From Acidobacteria bacterium 13_1_20CM_3_53_8 (GTDB taxonomy: Bacteria; Acidobacteriota; Blastocatellia; Pyrinomonadales; Pyrinomonadaceae): a stretch of DNA of 64,000 nt. The notes below the pieces were generated by a model. The model was given only the letters and a program-made list of their open reading frames with translations. It was not told where the DNA came from and searched no databases. Of this stretch, positions 43,275-51,936 are shown piece after piece; the first letter of the stretch is position 1; each line of letters starts with the position of its first letter. Location: NCBI GenBank assembly GCA_001920415.1, contig MNJR01000004.1:1479-65478 (forward strand), in the 5' to 3' direction. Position numbers and translations under genes: made by a program.

Positions 43275-45604
43275 AGCGAGAGAATGTCCGCGTAGGCGTG
43301 CGGGTTCGCGCCCGGATTCGCCTTCAGGAAATCTTCCGTTGGCGGGAAGAAAGGATTGTGCACGCTGGCCCAGTTGGCTACGCGGTCTGTGAAAGCCTTG
43401 AGCCAGGAGACGCCCGTCATGAAAGCTATGACAATTCCGGCTAAAGCGCCGCCAGCTATATAACCCGAAGCCATCAACACGCCCGGACTCTTATCGCCTT
43501 CTGCGACCAGTTCTTCTTCCGACAGTTTCTTGTGCGCGAGCCGCTTGCGCAATCGGTTATCAACGAGCCAGCGAATGAAACCGCCGATCAGGATAGGACT
43601 CGAAGACGAGAGCGGCAAATAGACTCCGACGGCGAAGGCGAGCGACGGGAGGCCGCTCATCTCCAACACGATTGCTATCATCACGCCGAGCAGGACGAGT
43701 CCCCACGGCAATCTTCTATCAAGAATGCCTTTGATGATATAGCTCATCAGCGTAGCCTTCGGCGCTTTGAATTTATCAACTTGCGAGCCATCGGGACGCG
43801 TCTTAACTTTGCCGTTGATGCCTGGGTCAACAATGTAAACGGGCACGCCCTGTTCGTTGACAAGATACTTCGTTGCCGTACCGCTCTCCTGATCAACTCT
43901 CTGCCAGACGCGATAAGTGTTTGTGTCGTTGACGCTCTGTGGCCCCGTCAGTCTCTCCGTCCCGCCGAGTTGTGAAGGATCAACGCGCGTGCCGACAGGC
44001 AAAGTATCTCCGACCGGGGCATAAACCGTTCCCGCGTCGTTCAAGCGTAGAAGGATTGGCCCAAGCACTAGCGCGGAAGCTAGTGCGCCTACGAGAATGG
44101 CTATCTGCTGGCTGCTGGGCGTAGAGCCAACGAGGAAGCCTGTCTTCAAATCCTGCGAAGTCGTGCCGCCGTTCGACGCTGCGATGCAGACGATTGCGCC
44201 GATTGATAACGCGGTGACGTAATACTGTGGGCCTGTCCAGCCGACCAGTACGAATATCAAGCAGGTCAATAGAAGCGTTGCGACCGTCATGCCCGAAATC
44301 GGATTTGAAGATGAGCCTATCTCGCCGGTCAGACGCGAAGAGACCGTTACGAACAGGAAGCCGAAAGCTACTATCATCACAGCACCAGCGAATGCCACGA
44401 AGATGTTGTGCTGAAATCCCAACTGCGGGAAGGCCATTATCATTCCGATGAGCGCGATTATTCCGGCCAGCACGAACTTCATCGAAAGGTCGCGGTCTAT
44501 GCGCGGCGCTTGCTCGTTCGCAGCCGCGCTGCTGCTTCTTAGGTCGCGCAAGCCGCCTTTCAATCCGTGCCAGATGACTGGCAGCGAACGCACAAGGCTG
44601 ATGATGCCGCCCGCAGCCACAGCGCCCGCGCCTATGTAGAGCACGTAAGCGTTGCGCACATCGTCCGGCCCCATCTTGCTAATCAGCGTATCGCCCGGCG
44701 GCAGAACGGTTGTTAATGAGTCCCCGAAAAATTTTATGGCCGGAATCAGAACAAGGTAAGCCAACACGCCGCCCGCGCACATTATAGAAGAGATGCGTGG
44801 GCCAATGATGTAGCCCACGCCCAATAGCGTCGGGTTGACCTCAACCGACACGGAGCCTCCTGTGTATGGTGCCCCCCAGATTTTTTCGGGCGTCTCTTTC
44901 CAGCCGCTGAAGACTCTTAGAATAGTGTAATAGATGAAACCTATGCCGAAGCCTGCGAAGATAGTCTTCGCGCCAATGTTCGCGGTGTCCTCAAGTTTCG
45001 CCGCGTCCGCCTTTGCGTCCGTCGCAGCCGCAGCTCTAGATTCATCCGACGCGCCTGCCTTCAACACTTCCGCGCATGCAGTCCCTTCCGGGTATTTCAG
45101 AAGGCCGTGCTGCTGGACTATGAGCGCGCGGCGAAGGGGAATCATCATGAGGATTCCTAGAAGCCCGCCCAGGATTGCTACGAGCATGACGCGCGTGAAC
45201 TCGAGGTCGAAGCCAAGAATCATAATCGCAGGCATCGTCACGCCTATGCCGAACGCGATTGATTCGCCAGCCGAGCCAGCCGTCTGCACTATGTTGTTCT
45301 CTAAAATCGTGGCGTCTCTTAAACCGAATTTAGAGAGCATGCGAAAGAGTGTGATTGAAATGACCGCCACGGGAATCGAAGCGCTCACCGTCAGGCCGAC
45401 TTTCAAGACCAGATAGAGTGACGATGCGCCGAAGATAATCCCAAGAATCGTGCCCATGACAAGTGGCAGCGCGGTCAACTCGCGCAAGTGCGTCGCCGTA
45501 GGTATGTACGGGCGGAACGCTGCAAGATATGGGTTCTCAGGCTTGGCCCCGACTATATCAGGGTATTCGTTTGTGGCAGCAATGTTCGGGTCTATAGTCG
45601 CCAT
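43259..45604 (-). CDS. OPT-family oligopeptide transporter
   Basis: About 16 TM segments. The N-terminus ..YIPTATHLRELTALPLVMGTILGIIFGASSLYLVLKVGLTVSASIPVAV is typical of bacterial OPT proteins. I prefer the ATG at 45604, which has a GGAGG upstream; a GTG at 45625 is the alternative. Confidence 0.8.
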   Translation of the reverse strand: MATIDPNIAATNEYPDIVGAKPENPYLAAFRPYIPTATHLRELTALPLVMGTILGIIFGASSLYLVLKVGLTVSASIPVAVISITLFRMLSKFGLRDATILENNIVQTAGSAGESIAFGIGVTMPAIMILGFDLEFTRVMLVAILGGLLGILMMIPLRRALIVQQHGLLKYPEGTACAEVLKAGASDESRAAAATDAKADAAKLEDTANIGAKTIFAGFGIGFIYYTILRVFSGWKETPEKIWGAPYTGGSVSVEVNPTLLGVGYIIGPRISSIMCAGGVLAYLVLIPAIKFFGDSLTTVLPPGDTLISKMGPDDVRNAYVLYIGAGAVAAGGIISLVRSLPVIWHGLKGGLRDLRSSSAAANEQAPRIDRDLSMKFVLAGIIALIGMIMAFPQLGFQHNIFVAFAGAVMIVAFGFLFVTVSSRLTGEIGSSSNPISGMTVATLLLTCLIFVLVGWTGPQYYVTALSIGAIVCIAASNGGTTSQDLKTGFLVGSTPSSQQIAILVGALASALVLGPILLRLNDAGTVYAPVGDTLPVGTRVDPSQLGGTERLTGPQSVNDTNTYRVWQRVDQESGTATKYLVNEQGVPVYIVDPGINGKVKTRPDGSQVDKFKAPKATLMSYIIKGILDRRLPWGLVLLGVMIAIVLEMSGLPSLAFAVGVYLPLSSSSPILIGGFIRWLVDNRLRKRLAHKKLSEEELVAEGDKSPGVLMASGYIAGGALAGIVIAFMTGVSWLKAFTDRVANWASVHNPFFPPTEDFLKANPGANPHAYADILSLKGKR

Positions 45605-45848
45605 TGGAACTAAAACCTCCGGCACAAGTAGTTTTTACGAAAACCTTGGGAGAGCTACGCGGGGAATGTTACGCGCGTTAATTTACCGCGCGGGCGCGTG
45701 CGAGGGCAAGTGTTCAGGCTAGAAGTTTTGAATATAAGATGCAAAATTAAGGTTGCCTTTCTTTTACTCCGACCCCATTTCTAATACACTTATCCGCACT
45801 TACGACGAAAATTTGAACGCCCATTAGTTTCAGGAGCTAAAGATCATC

Positions 45849-48374
45849 ATGCGCACACGCAGCCTCTTCACTCTTTTCGTAGCGCTTCTTCTAGCCTTCT
45901 CTTCGCTAGCCGGAATACACGCGGCGCGCCCTCTTCCTTCATTGAACTCAGCGCACGCTTCCCTCTCGCGCGTGCCAGCGCCGGAAGATGTGTTGGGGTT
46001 TCGCCCAGGTGATGACCGAAAACTTGCTGGGTGGACGCAGGTGATTGAGTATTTTCGTAAGCTGGATGCAGCGAGCGACCGTGTGAAGTTCGAGGAGTTG
46101 GGCAAAACTACTATGGGCGCGCCGTTTGTGATGGCTACTATTAGCGCGCCTGAGAATCTTGCGCGTCTGGATGAGTATAAAAAGATTCAGGAGATGCTAG
46201 CAGACCCGCGAAAGCTTGGAGCAAACCCGGACGCGCAGGCCAGAGATTTGATAAAGCGCGGCAAGACCATTGTGCTCATCACGTGCGGCATACATTCCGA
46301 TGAGGTCGGCTCTTATCTTTCGAGCATGCTCATAGCGCATCGTCTGGCTTCATCCGACGAACCCGAAGTTCAGAATATTTTGCGCAACTGCATCATCCTT
46401 CTAGTCCCATCGCTCAACCCTGACGGCGTGGACATAGTTAAAAAATGGTACGACCAAACACTGGGCACGCCTTACGAAGGCACAGACCCGCCCGTGCTTT
46501 ATCACAAGTACACCGGGCACGACGACAACCGCGACTGGTACGCATTCACGCAGGTCGAGACGCAGGTAACAGTTGACCGCATTCACAACGTCTGGCATCC
46601 GCAGATTGTCCACGACATACACCAGCAGGGCGAACGCGGCTCGCGTCTATTCCTGCCGCCCTACATGCAGCCCGTCGAGCCGAACGTTCCGAAGCAGATT
46701 GTAGAAGGCTACACGGAGCTTGGTCTATCTATTGCGAACGAGATGCGCGCGAGTGGGTTTAGGGGCATCACGTGGAATTCGACTTACGACGCATGGAGTC
46801 CTGCGCGCGCCTACTCTCATTATCACGGCGGCGTGCGAATTCTATCGGAAACCGCGTCGGCGCATCTTGCCACGCCCATCACTGTAAAGCCTTCGGAACT
46901 CGAAGCCGAGTTGGGCTATGACGCACGAGTGGCTTCGCCCAACTTCCCCGAACCGTGGGGCGGCGGCGAATGGCACTTAAGGGACATCACCAACTACATG
47001 ACGACCGCAGCCTTCTCTTTATTGAAGCACGCCGCGACGCATCGTGAAGAGTGGCTAACGAGATTTTATGAGATTGGGAGAGAGGCTGTAAGACCGAGAA
47101 TGGCAGGCGAGTTGTTTGGATTCAAAATAAAAGTTTCTGAGAACACCGCTCATCTTCTTGAAATATTAGATCGTGCCGGAGTGGAATATTCATGGCTTGC
47201 TGGCGAGCGGCCAGTTAAACTTAAGGGGCAGACATATTTTGATCCGACCGTGACTTATCCTAGCCGGACGGTAATCCTACCGCTAGCTCAACCGTATGGC
47301 AGTTTCGCAAAGGCGCTCCTTGAGCGTCAGAACTATCCTGACCTTCGCGATTCTAATAATCATCCAATCGCTCCCTACGATGTTACAGCCCACACCTTAC
47401 CCTTATTGATGGGAATCGAAGTAAGCACAATTAAAGCTCCCTTTAGCGCAGCCTTTATAAAGAGGGCTAACATTCTTATCGAAATACCTGATTGCCTCGT
47501 TCCAAGAAACAGGAAAACGGCTATTTATAAATCTCATGTTCCCTCTATAGACGAGGGATGGACACGATGGGTGCTCCATGACCCGTGCTATGCAAACGTA
47601 TCTTTGCAAGATGCTGAAGTCCGCGCCGGAAATTTGCGCGCAAAGTATGACACCATCATCATTCCTGACCAATCACCGCGAACGATTTTAAACGGCTACC
47701 GCGCGGGCGCTATGCCGACAGAGTTGACGGGCGGGATTTCGTCTGAAGGCGTGCGCGCTCTGCGCGAGTTTGTAGAACAGGGCGGGACGCTAATCTGTTT
47801 GAATCGCGCTTCGGATTTTGCGATTGAGCAGTTGAAATTGCCCGTGCGCGATATTACCGAAGGCTTGAAGCGAACGGACTATTACGCGCCCGGCTCAATC
47901 TTGAGGACAGAGCTAGACCTTTCAAATCCTGTAACGCGAGGTATGACGCAGCAATCAATCGCTTGGGTAGAAAACTCGCCCGTCTTCGAGATTAAGAGCG
48001 ACCCGGCTGCAATTGCCAGAGTTAAAATCATCGCTCGCTACCCAGTAAATTCAGACCCGCTGCTTTCCGGCTGGCTTCTGGGCGGCGAGCGCATCCAAGG
48101 CAAAGCTGCGCTCGTAGAGGTCGGATTGGGGCGTGGGCGCGTCTACCTCTTCGGCTTTCGCCCGCAGTATCGCGGACAATCCTTAGCGACCTACCCGCTG
48201 CTCTTTAACGCCATACCCTGCGTCGCACGCCATCGTATATTGATTTACGGAGAACGCCCCGAAGAAAAGCGCGGGAGGGGAAAGCAAGTAGCGCCGGGCG
48301 TTCACGGCCACAATGGTCATCTTTCTCATTACCTCGTTTGTCCTAATAGCCGCAATCGTTTTCGCTATTCGTAG
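45849..48374 (+). CDS. Secreted M14-family zinc carboxypeptidase-like protein with a large C-terminal domain
   Basis: Signal peptide present. Motifs ITCGIHSDEVGS (HxxE zinc site), HDIHQQGERG and HYHGG. The last ~20 codons overlap the next ORF. Confidence 0.8.
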   Translation: MRTRSLFTLFVALLLAFSSLAGIHAARPLPSLNSAHASLSRVPAPEDVLGFRPGDDRKLAGWTQVIEYFRKLDAASDRVKFEELGKTTMGAPFVMATISAPENLARLDEYKKIQEMLADPRKLGANPDAQARDLIKRGKTIVLITCGIHSDEVGSYLSSMLIAHRLASSDEPEVQNILRNCIILLVPSLNPDGVDIVKKWYDQTLGTPYEGTDPPVLYHKYTGHDDNRDWYAFTQVETQVTVDRIHNVWHPQIVHDIHQQGERGSRLFLPPYMQPVEPNVPKQIVEGYTELGLSIANEMRASGFRGITWNSTYDAWSPARAYSHYHGGVRILSETASAHLATPITVKPSELEAELGYDARVASPNFPEPWGGGEWHLRDITNYMTTAAFSLLKHAATHREEWLTRFYEIGREAVRPRMAGELFGFKIKVSENTAHLLEILDRAGVEYSWLAGERPVKLKGQTYFDPTVTYPSRTVILPLAQPYGSFAKALLERQNYPDLRDSNNHPIAPYDVTAHTLPLLMGIEVSTIKAPFSAAFIKRANILIEIPDCLVPRNRKTAIYKSHVPSIDEGWTRWVLHDPCYANVSLQDAEVRAGNLRAKYDTIIIPDQSPRTILNGYRAGAMPTELTGGISSEGVRALREFVEQGGTLICLNRASDFAIEQLKLPVRDITEGLKRTDYYAPGSILRTELDLSNPVTRGMTQQSIAWVENSPVFEIKSDPAAIARVKIIARYPVNSDPLLSGWLLGGERIQGKAALVEVGLGRGRVYLFGFRPQYRGQSLATYPLLFNAIPCVARHRILIYGERPEEKRGRGKQVAPGVHGHNGHLSHYLVCPNSRNRFRYS

Positions 48375-49020
48375 CTGGCAGAGCAGCGCGCAACCCGAGA
48401 GGGCGGAACGCTCTTTACCTACGCGCCCTGTAGTAAGTCTGTTCGATGAAGATAGAACCGGCGCGAGAGCTTTGCGCTCTCTGGATAGCGTAGAGAGCAA
48501 GCTAACAGACGAAGAGCGCCGGAAACTTTTAGCACGCGCCGCAGAGGGCGAGCGCATCGTTCTGCTGGAAGCGCACGCTATCGGCAAAGCAGAGCTTTAT
48601 GAAGAAGTTCTGAACACTTTGGTTGACCGCGCGCGTGCTTCCGACGAGCCGGATAAAAGCCTGCTCGCGTTAGTCTCTTTCGTCACACGACACGAAAATT
48701 TCTCTGTGAGCCGGAAACTTGCCGAAGCTTTCATAGAATCATGGAAGCGCGCGCCCGACCGTAACTTTACGGCAAAGATGCTGCACGTAGCGGCGCTTGC
48801 CTGCGACGCGGAGCTATATCAGGAAGCAGTTGAATCTGCGTTCGAATTCTGGCGCGACGGAAAATTGCCGGACGTTTCGGCTGAAGAGTTGCGTATGCTG
48901 GCCGATAGCGAATACTGGGTGCTGTCATCGGAGGCCAGATCATCCGGCGCAGGCTTTCTATTGAAGCGAACTCTTTCAAAGATGCGCCGCGAACTGGAAT
49001 CGAAAGCGCGCGCATCCTGA
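48313..49020 (+). CDS. Membrane-anchored protein of unknown function
   Basis: 235-aa ORF with N-terminal TM helix VIFLITSFVLIAAIVFAI and a helical remainder. I recognise no family. Confidence 0.55.
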   Translation: MVIFLITSFVLIAAIVFAIRSWQSSAQPERAERSLPTRPVVSLFDEDRTGARALRSLDSVESKLTDEERRKLLARAAEGERIVLLEAHAIGKAELYEEVLNTLVDRARASDEPDKSLLALVSFVTRHENFSVSRKLAEAFIESWKRAPDRNFTAKMLHVAALACDAELYQEAVESAFEFWRDGKLPDVSAEELRMLADSEYWVLSSEARSSGAGFLLKRTLSKMRRELESKARAS

Positions 49021-49060
49021 ATCGAAACCAGCAACGTTGAGGCAGACGAAAATAAGATGA

Positions 49061-49132
49061 TCCACGAAGTCACACGAAACAACACGAAAACTGATTGAGT
49101 TCTCTTCGTGTTGTTTCGTGTGACTTCGTGGA
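49061..49132. repeat. Family-B hairpin, perfect 28-bp arms with a 16-nt loop
   Basis: tccacgaagtcacacgaaacaacacgaa (49061-49088) pairs with ttcgtgttgtttcgtgtgacttcgtgga (49105-49132). Confidence 0.9.
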
Positions 49133-49277
49133 CAGTTTACGGCTCGCGTATTTCGTTTTAGAAACGACTTGAACTCGTAAAAACGTAGAATTACAAAAGC
49201 CGTGTGAATTGAATTTCAATCGTTCTCAAAATTTTTTGGGAACTTTCCCCTTTCGTTAGACTTTAGGAGTTCACACC

Positions 49278-51467
49278 ATGAACATAGACTTTGCTGCTGT
49301 TGTCCCTTTTCTAATCCTCGCAGTCATAGCGCTCATAGCGCTGCTCATAATCTTAAGCAAGATTATGGTGAACGTGGGCGCGCGCGAGATTGCGATTAAA
49401 GAGCGCCGCTACTTTGGACGAAAAATGCCGCCGGGCCGCGTCGTTGCAACCGAAGGCGAGGTCGGTATTCAGGCAGACGTTTTGAAGCCCGGACTTCACT
49501 TCATTAAATTCCCTTTCGAGAAAGTCGTGCGCAAAGTTCCTTTGATAGAGATAGGCGCGGACGAACTCGGCATTGTCGAAGCGGTTGACGGCGAGCCTAT
49601 GCCGCCGGGCAGAAACTTCGCGCCAGATCGTGCTCAGAACGCGCACAACAATTTTCAGGACCCGATTGCTTTCATCAAGCAGGGCGGCGTCAAAGGCATA
49701 CAGCTTCGCACGCTGCCGCCGGGCTTGTGGCCTATTCACCCTTACCTTTTCCGTATGTCTGTGACGAAAGCTACTGTCATTCCTCCCGGCAAAATCGGTG
49801 TGGTGACGGCAGCCGACGGCGCGCAGCTTGATCCGGGTCGCCTGCTAGCCAAAGCTATTGACGGGCATCGCAACTTTCAGGACGCGGAGCAGTTCGTCGC
49901 TTCAAACGGGCAGAAGGGGCCGCAGGTTGACATTCTCACGCCCGGCACTTACCGCATACTGACTCAGTCGCTCCCCTTGGACGGAGCCAACGCGACAAAG
50001 CCCGGCATCTTCTTCGTGCGACTGTTTGACGCGACCGTGATTAACGAGAATCAGATAGGTCTGGTCGAAGCACTGGACGGCTCGCCGCTAAACCAGCGCG
50101 ATTACGTTGCCACTTCGGTCGAAGGCCACGACAACTTTCAGGACGGCAATGAGTTCATAGGTCGCGGCGGCCAGCGTGGCCCGCAGAAAGACATTCTGTT
50201 GCCCGGCACTTACTATATCAACCCGTTCCTCTTCAAAGTGATTCCAGACACTGCGAAGGAAGTCAAACCGGGCGAGGTCGCCGTCGTAGTCTCTAACACA
50301 GGCAAAGACCCTTCGGACGATATTCGTCGCCAGATGGCCGCAAAGGTGCGCGAACGTATGGAGCGCGAAGAGCGCGAGCAGGCCGAACAATCTGCCGCGC
50401 GTCTGGACAAGATTGAGGACTCGAAAACAGCCGAAGAGATTAAGCAGGAGTTGATGACAGGCGACCCTGCGGATCGTCGTCTTGATGAAGGCGCGCACGA
50501 AGCTTACGTCGTGCCAGAAGGCTATAGAGGCATTCAAGAATCTGTCGTTGGCCCGGGACGCTACTACGTCAATACGCTTGCAATCACGCCGATTATTATT
50601 CCTACGACGAACCAGACGGTCGAGTGGACTGCTGGCGAAGTCGTCAACACCTTCAATCCTTTTGAAGTGATCTCAAAAGACGGCTTCACAATGCAGTTGG
50701 AAGTGCGCGTTGTCTTCCGCGTCAAACCCGAAGATGCGCCCTTCATGGTTGCGAAGATAGGCGGCATCGAGCGCCTTATTCAGAACGTTATGCACCCTTT
50801 GATTGATTCAATCTTCCGCAATCAGGCTTCCGAAAGTTCTGCTATGGCCTACTTGCAGAATCGTCACGAAGAGCAGGAGCGCGCAGAAGCTCGCGTTCGC
50901 GCTCATCTCCTAAAGTATCACGTTGACGTTGTGAACGTGCTCATCTGCCACATACATCTGCCGGAAGAGTTGATGAAGACGCAGACTGAGAAAATTCTAG
51001 CCGAGCAGCGCCAGAACATGTACAACGCGCAGCGCGAGGCCGAAGAGAAACGCATTCAGCTTGAGAAGACCAAAGCCAATGCAGACAAGCAGCGCGATCT
51101 GATGGCGGAAACCGTAGGCGTCGAAATCGCCAGCAAGCGCGCAGAACAGCGCAAAGCTGAAGCCGACGGTGAAGCGAGCTACATACTGCAAACCGGCAAG
51201 GCCGAAGCCGAGAAGGTGCGCTTGATGGGCGAGGCTCAGGGCGTAGCCTACCGCGAGCAGGTCAGTGCGCTCGGCGCGCAGGGCGTTGCGCTCGTCGAAA
51301 CTTTGAAAGTCATTGGCGAGAAGAATGTGCGCATCACGCCAGACGTTCTGGCTTCGGGCGGCACAGGCGACGGCGCTAGCGGATTGGGTACGCTGCTATT
51401 GCTGAATCTTTTCCGCGACCGCATAAATCTTCCGGGCGAGAACGGAGCAAAGACGACTGTGAAGTAA
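49278..51467 (+). CDS. Flotillin-like SPFH/band-7 protein with a triplicated N-terminal module
   Basis: N-terminal TM helix. There are three ~95-aa repeats containing H.NFQD...GG.(K/R)G.Q..(L/T)LPG.(W/Y).I.P(Y/F)LF. The C-terminal coiled coil (AEQRQNMYNAQREAEEKRIQLEK...AEAEKVRLMGEAQG) is flotillin-like. Confidence 0.85.
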   Translation: MNIDFAAVVPFLILAVIALIALLIILSKIMVNVGAREIAIKERRYFGRKMPPGRVVATEGEVGIQADVLKPGLHFIKFPFEKVVRKVPLIEIGADELGIVEAVDGEPMPPGRNFAPDRAQNAHNNFQDPIAFIKQGGVKGIQLRTLPPGLWPIHPYLFRMSVTKATVIPPGKIGVVTAADGAQLDPGRLLAKAIDGHRNFQDAEQFVASNGQKGPQVDILTPGTYRILTQSLPLDGANATKPGIFFVRLFDATVINENQIGLVEALDGSPLNQRDYVATSVEGHDNFQDGNEFIGRGGQRGPQKDILLPGTYYINPFLFKVIPDTAKEVKPGEVAVVVSNTGKDPSDDIRRQMAAKVRERMEREEREQAEQSAARLDKIEDSKTAEEIKQELMTGDPADRRLDEGAHEAYVVPEGYRGIQESVVGPGRYYVNTLAITPIIIPTTNQTVEWTAGEVVNTFNPFEVISKDGFTMQLEVRVVFRVKPEDAPFMVAKIGGIERLIQNVMHPLIDSIFRNQASESSAMAYLQNRHEEQERAEARVRAHLLKYHVDVVNVLICHIHLPEELMKTQTEKILAEQRQNMYNAQREAEEKRIQLEKTKANADKQRDLMAETVGVEIASKRAEQRKAEADGEASYILQTGKAEAEKVRLMGEAQGVAYREQVSALGAQGVALVETLKVIGEKNVRITPDVLASGGTGDGASGLGTLLLLNLFRDRINLPGENGAKTTVK

Positions 51468-51481
51468 GGCCACTCATTAAC

Positions 51482-51528
51482 AAACGAAATCGGCTGCTTT
51501 GAGCCAAACAAGGCAGCCGATTTCGTTT
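51482..51528 (+). terminator. Hairpin terminator after the flotillin-like gene
   Basis: aaacgaaatcggctgc (51482-51497) pairs with gcagccgatttcgttt (51513-51528): a perfect 16-bp stem with a 15-nt loop, 15 nt after the stop. Confidence 0.7.
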
Positions 51529-51598
51529 ACTTCGATAAATTTCTTGTGAGCTAGTATCAAGCGCAGTTAGAATTATAAAGAAAGGAGGCTCTTGGGTC

Positions 51599-51838
51599 AT
51601 GCCAACGGAGTTCGCAGAAATTATATTTGAGAAGATTAAAGAGTTGCCGCTGGAGCAGCAGCGCGAGGTCTTGCAGTTTATCGAGAGGCTTGCGACCGAA
51701 GACATCCAATCCTCTGGAACAATCTGGGAAGAGATTAGAGAGATAGTTAAAGACGTGCCGAACGAGGTCTGGGAACAATTGCCGCGCGACGGATCGCTGA
51801 ATGTTGACCATTATCTGTACGGAGCGCCGAAGAAATGA
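51599..51838 (+). CDS. Type II antitoxin-like protein (partner type of PIN/VapC toxins)
   Basis: 79 aa with an AGGAGG Shine-Dalgarno sequence. The sequence has LPLEQQREVLQFIERL and a C-terminal ...LPRDGSLNVDHYLYGAPKK. Its stop overlaps the ATG of a PIN-like stump (ATGA). Confidence 0.6.
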   Translation: MPTEFAEIIFEKIKELPLEQQREVLQFIERLATEDIQSSGTIWEEIREIVKDVPNEVWEQLPRDGSLNVDHYLYGAPKK

Positions 51839-51936
51839 GCGTTGTCTTCGTTGACACGCATTACTGGGTCGCCTCAATCAATCCACTAGACCAGTCCAAT
51901 AACAAGCCCAGCATGAAAGGTCTTCGATGGCATTAA
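51835..51936 (+). pseudogene. Truncated PIN-domain (VapC-like) toxin; only 33 codons remain
   Basis: MSVVFVDTHYWVASINPLDQSNNKPSMKGLRWH*. The first ~20 residues match the PIN N-terminal strand with the catalytic Asp (FVDT.yw.A..n..Dq), and the rest of the domain is absent. Confidence 0.55.

Noticed and set aside
48313-48374. 62-nt overlap between the M14 peptidase tail and the next ORF, as a possible frameshift or fusion
   Set aside because: The peptidase tail (..GRGKQVAPGVHGHNGHLSHYLVCPNSRNRFRYS) is low-quality sequence that probably reflects a late stop. The downstream ORF has its own ATG and TM helix. Nothing indicates that the two were ever one gene.
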